A stretch of DNA of 64,000 nucleotides from Azolla caroliniana. Its lineage: Eukaryota > Plantae > Polypodiophyta. The notes beneath the pieces are model-generated. The model was not told the origin of the DNA, did not search any database, and was given only the letters and a program-made list of their open reading frames with translations. The stretch spans positions 18,786,001 to 18,850,000 of the forward strand of contig JBHGNT010000013.1 of assembly GCA_043228905.1 (NCBI GenBank). The letters are read 5' to 3'. Of the stretch, positions 60,244-64,000 are shown in pieces. Both the position numbers and the translations under genes were made by a program. The first letter of the stretch is position 1; each line of letters begins with the position of its first letter.

Positions 60244-62904
60244 TCAATTAGATTCCTCCATGTCTTCATTTTCATCCGGCCTATTATGTTCATCGTCGAG
60301 GTAATCGAGGTCAGGATCCTTGTCTTGTCTTTTCTTGAAAAGCTTTACTCTTTTTCCCGCAATGGGTATGGCCAACCTTGATCCGTCTAGTTCTGCAAGG
60401 TGGTATGTGGCATTATCGTTGGCACTTGTCACCACATACGGCCCGAACCATCTTCTTGCGAACTTCCTTGTTGTACTATGTTGATTGTCAAGGGTGTTGT
60501 CGTAAACCAAAACCCAATCCCCTTCTTCAATCTTCTTAGGACGAAGTCGATGCGTGTTGTCGAACCGAACTTTGTTCTTTACTCGGGCTGCCTTCATCAT
60601 CTTTCGCGCTTTTTCTAAATCTTCAGGTCTTCTTTCAAGTTGCCTTATCCGCGCCGCTAATAACTCTTCTCGGCTCATCTCGTTCCCCCACGGTATCGCT
60701 ACCCATGAGGCGATCGTTCTTTCGATGGGCATAATCGGCTTTTGTCCATACATAAGCTCCGTCGGCATATACCCTGTCACTGAGCTATGTGTCGTTCTAT
60801 CGGTCCACAAGGCATAGGGTAATAGTCGTGGCCAATTCCTGACTCGACCGTTGCATGCCCGTACGATGGCTTTAACGATAGGTCCATGCCCTCGCTCGAT
60901 CTTCCCATTTGCTTCCGGATTGTAGGCAGTCGTGAGGGAGAGCTTCACGCCTAGTCTTTCGAAGAGCTCCGTCGCTTCGTGCGCGTCCAACTCCCCTCGG
61001 TCGGCCACTATCTTCCCTACACATCCATATCGGCAAACAACATCTTCAAGTAGAAATTTGCAAACGGCTGAAGTCGTCTTATTTGTCAAGGCTCGTCCTT
61101 CCACTTGATTTGTCAAGTCTTCCCTTGCCAGCGCTAAGTACTTCATTTGTCCCACTCCCATTGCCATCGAGACCAGATCCACCATCCATTTGAAGTGTAT
61201 GGTGAGTGGGTATGTCGGCTTTAACTCATCACGATGACGTATATTTGAATATACTTGGCAAGTTTCGCATGTGGACATGAAATGGAGTACATCTTTGTAC
61301 ATGCTTGTCCACCAGTACTTCTCCTTCAACTTTTCAAACGTCGCCCATGTTCCTCTATGACCTGCCCAAGCACTCTCGTGGAATTCGGTCATCAGCGTCT
61401 CTTGCTCTTCTTTCTTTACCACCACTCGACGTGGTATTCCTGTCCTTTTTTTTGGATGTCGCCAAAGGAATCCTCCCTTCAAGAAGTATCGATAAGCTTT
61501 CTTTCGGATTCGTAGGGCCTCCTCCTTTGTCAACGAAGCATCTGTTGTCAATGTTCTTAGGAATCTACCGATGAGTAACCATTCTCCTTCGTACTCGTTC
61601 TCGTTGAAGGCGTGGAGGGTTTGCGTGTCCTGGTCTTCCGCCGACAATCGAGCCATCTTGAAGAAGTTGAGGGCGACATCTTCATCTTCCGAAACCATGT
61701 TACTTCCATTTGAAAATCTTGCCCTCGACAGCATGTCAGCCATGGCGTTCTTCTTCCCTGCGATGTGACGGATCTCTGGGTTTAAAGACTTGATGTAGGC
61801 GATCCACCTTAGCATAGCAAGATCTGGGGTCGCACATCCCGAGATCATTCCGAGAATTGGGAGACAATCTGTCTCTATTATCACTTCTGACCCGATCAGG
61901 TAATCTTTGTCCGTCTTCACTACCGACACAATACCCCAAAGTTCCCGCTTGACTTGGGCATATCTTTGTTGCCGTTCGCTGAGAACCTTTGCTCCGAACC
62001 GGACGGCATATCGCGCATTATCTTCACCTTCTTGATTGATGACCCACCCGATTCCAGTTGGGCTCGTATCTACGGTCACATAAATTGGTTTCCCTTCGGC
62101 ATAGTCGGCCTTCCTTAGTGTCGGAGCTTCAAGAAGCAGTTTCTTTAATCTTCGCATCGCCTCTGTGTGCTCGTCTCGCCATTCGAACTTTATTCTTTTC
62201 TTTAGTAGTCCATATAACGGTTCGGCGACATGAGCGTAGTGAGGAATCCATATATGATAAAACGCGCACGCTCCAAGGAATCTTCGAACCTCCGTTTGGT
62301 TTTCGCATTCTTCTTTCATGTCTTGGATTGCGTTCACTTTGGATGGCGAGGGCTTCCGGCCGTATGCTCCACACAAGTGACCTACCACCAAGATCTCTGG
62401 TTGCCCGAATGCGGATTTTTCTCCCGAAAATGTCAAATTCGCATCTTCGAACCTTTGAAGCACCTTCTCGCAATCTTTCATATGATCCACAACGAACTTT
62501 CTACAACCTTCCTTATCTTTCGATTCATCTTTCTCCTCATCCGAACATCCTTTTATCGGAACATCATCCAAGAATGGCATCGTGATGTCCGGAATGCAAT
62601 CCTTCAAGACTTTATTCATGGCATTCACCATATGAGCCACCGAGTTCGTTGCGCCTTGGGGTAAGGTACACATCCGCACAAGCCCGATCGGAGTCCTCAT
62701 GGTTGTAATGTCCCGACTGTCGATCGCCAACTGGAATTGGTCATATCCGGAGTAGAGATCGCCAATGGAGTAGATGGACCGGCCCGCAAACGCTTCGGCA
62801 AATTCGTCCACGCTCGGACCGATTCCGGCATTTCGAATTGTCACCTTGTTGACGGGTTGAAGATCTTGGATGAATCGCAATGATCCATTCTTCTTCGGCA
62901 CCAT
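60244..62904 (-). CDS. pol: Gypsy Pol RT-RNase H-integrase (886-aa open frame; gag and PR deleted)
   Basis: FLDD, VDTSPTGIG, HESAWAGH...CETC, TTAYNPEANGKIER, FGPY. Confidence 0.93.
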   Translation of the reverse strand: MVPKKNGSLRFIQDLQPVNKVTIRNAGIGPSVDEFAEAFAGRSIYSIGDLYSGYDQFQLAIDSRDITTMRTPIGLVRMCTLPQGATNSVAHMVNAMNKVLKDCIPDITMPFLDDVPIKGCSDEEKDESKDKEGCRKFVVDHMKDCEKVLQRFEDANLTFSGEKSAFGQPEILVVGHLCGAYGRKPSPSKVNAIQDMKEECENQTEVRRFLGACAFYHIWIPHYAHVAEPLYGLLKKRIKFEWRDEHTEAMRRLKKLLLEAPTLRKADYAEGKPIYVTVDTSPTGIGWVINQEGEDNARYAVRFGAKVLSERQQRYAQVKRELWGIVSVVKTDKDYLIGSEVIIETDCLPILGMISGCATPDLAMLRWIAYIKSLNPEIRHIAGKKNAMADMLSRARFSNGSNMVSEDEDVALNFFKMARLSAEDQDTQTLHAFNENEYEGEWLLIGRFLRTLTTDASLTKEEALRIRKKAYRYFLKGGFLWRHPKKRTGIPRRVVVKKEEQETLMTEFHESAWAGHRGTWATFEKLKEKYWWTSMYKDVLHFMSTCETCQVYSNIRHRDELKPTYPLTIHFKWMVDLVSMAMGVGQMKYLALAREDLTNQVEGRALTNKTTSAVCKFLLEDVVCRYGCVGKIVADRGELDAHEATELFERLGVKLSLTTAYNPEANGKIERGHGPIVKAIVRACNGRVRNWPRLLPYALWTDRTTHSSVTGYMPTELMYGQKPIMPIERTIASWVAIPWGNEMSREELLAARIRQLERRPEDLEKARKMMKAARVKNKVRFDNTHRLRPKKIEEGDWVLVYDNTLDNQHSTTRKFARRWFGPYVVTSANDNATYHLAELDGSRLAIPIAGKRVKLFKKRQDKDPDLDYLDDEHNRPDENEDMEESN

Positions 62905-64000
62905 GAACCACCTATTGGAATAAGGAGCATTCGACGGTTCTAGAATCCATACTTGCCCTCCTTGTATATGTATATATTTTTATATATTTATTTTATCTAG
63001 TCGCCGGTTCGCCGGATACTGTCGCCGGATACCGGTGCCGCCGCCGGATGCCGACGCCGCATGCCGCCATCGGATTGCCGTCGGATCACCGGCTCCATCG
63101 CCGGTCCGGTTTTGGTTGGCCAAAACCCTTTACGAGTAGCTAGCCACCTCCACTCTAAGTTCAAGTTACCTTGAACTCTCTATGCTCCACACATAGACAC
63201 AAAGATAATATCTTTTGCTCCACCTTATATATGATGAGAGCCGTATTTGTCGTGCCTATGTGGGATATCTCACAATTTTCTCTTTTCTTTTCACAAACTT
63301 TATACCCTCATATCTTGACATTTAGTTGTCCATTTCTCGTGTAATAAAGTGCATTCGAAACCTCCATCATTTTGTACTTAGATATTAAAAATGTTATCTT
63401 CACAATTATTGTATTACATGAATCATACTCGAGTTTGTACGTTTTATGGGATTTTCACACTATTGCCGAAAATCTTCACGACACCGTTCCGAGCCGGTCG
63501 TTGTCGCTATCCAGGTTGTCCGGGTCTGGTTCAGCCTCGTGCCGCTTTTTGAATGCTTTGATCCTTTTCCCCACCACTGGTACCGCCATCCTTGTCCCGT
63601 CGAGCTCCGCGAGATGGTAGGTCCCATTGTCGTTGGCGCTTATCACCACATAAGGCCCGAACCACCTCCTTGCAAACTTCTGCATTGCCGGATGCTGGTT
63701 GTCGAGGTTGTTGTCATACACTAGAACCCAGTCGCCTTCCTCGATCTTCCTCGGTCTCAGTCGGTGAGTTCGGTCGAACCATCCTTTTTTCTTTACCCTT
63801 GCCACCCGTAGCTTCTCCGCAGCTCGGTCTTCGCTCCAGCTGCCGAATTCGTGTCGCCAACAGCTCCTCCCGACTCATCTCGTCTTTCCAATCCACCGTG
63901 GCCCATGAGGAGATTGTCTGCTCCGTTCGCATGTTCGGCTTCTGCCCATACATTAGCTCTGTCGGCATGAACCCGGTTACCAAATTGTGTGTAGTTCGGT

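Larger units (their letters stand above)
59078..63483 (-). mobile_element. Gypsy element with an internal deletion (3' LTR 59078-60171, pol, partial 5' LTR ~62943-63483)
   Basis: 12-bp LTR terminal inverted repeat TGTCGTGAAGAT/ATCTTCACGACA; TSD CCGT at 59074-59077 and 63484-63487. Confidence 0.92.
58305..64000 (-). mobile_element. Related gypsy: 3' LTR 58305-58973, PPT and integrase end, interrupted by the 59078-63483 element; runs off the window
   Basis: TGTCGCGTTGCTACG...CCACGACA; PPT; integrase tail resumes at 63484 (HRLRPRKIEEGDWVLVYD, FGPYVV). Confidence 0.85.

Overview
Gene-free, transposon-saturated eukaryotic DNA. The element families suggest a land plant, probably a moss or other bryophyte (inference). 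It contains nested Ty1/copia and Ty3/gypsy LTR retrotransposons, solo LTRs and an L1-type LINE fragment, nearly all pseudogenised. The standout is a DNA-transposon family seen three times. One copy has both ends (31510-38913: 33-bp TIRs, 4-bp CCAA target-site duplication), one is left-truncated (~18475-25464), and one is a divergent transposase-only relative (~3589-6759). The family pairs a Sola-like DDD transposase, which has a possible BAH-like C-terminal domain, with a divergently transcribed six-exon gene. That gene encodes a ParB/Srx-like domain fused to a prokaryote-type beta-class DNA amino-methyltransferase (N6-adenine or N4-cytosine). Its first intron holds repeated 21-bp palindromes that could be operator or parS-like sites. 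Secondary observations: self-priming chromovirus LTRs with antisense tRNA-like boxes, a gypsy family that repeatedly inserts at CCGT/ACGG with 4-bp TSDs, and a nested insertion series with TSDs at each level. All domain calls come from motif recognition by eye; no searches were run.
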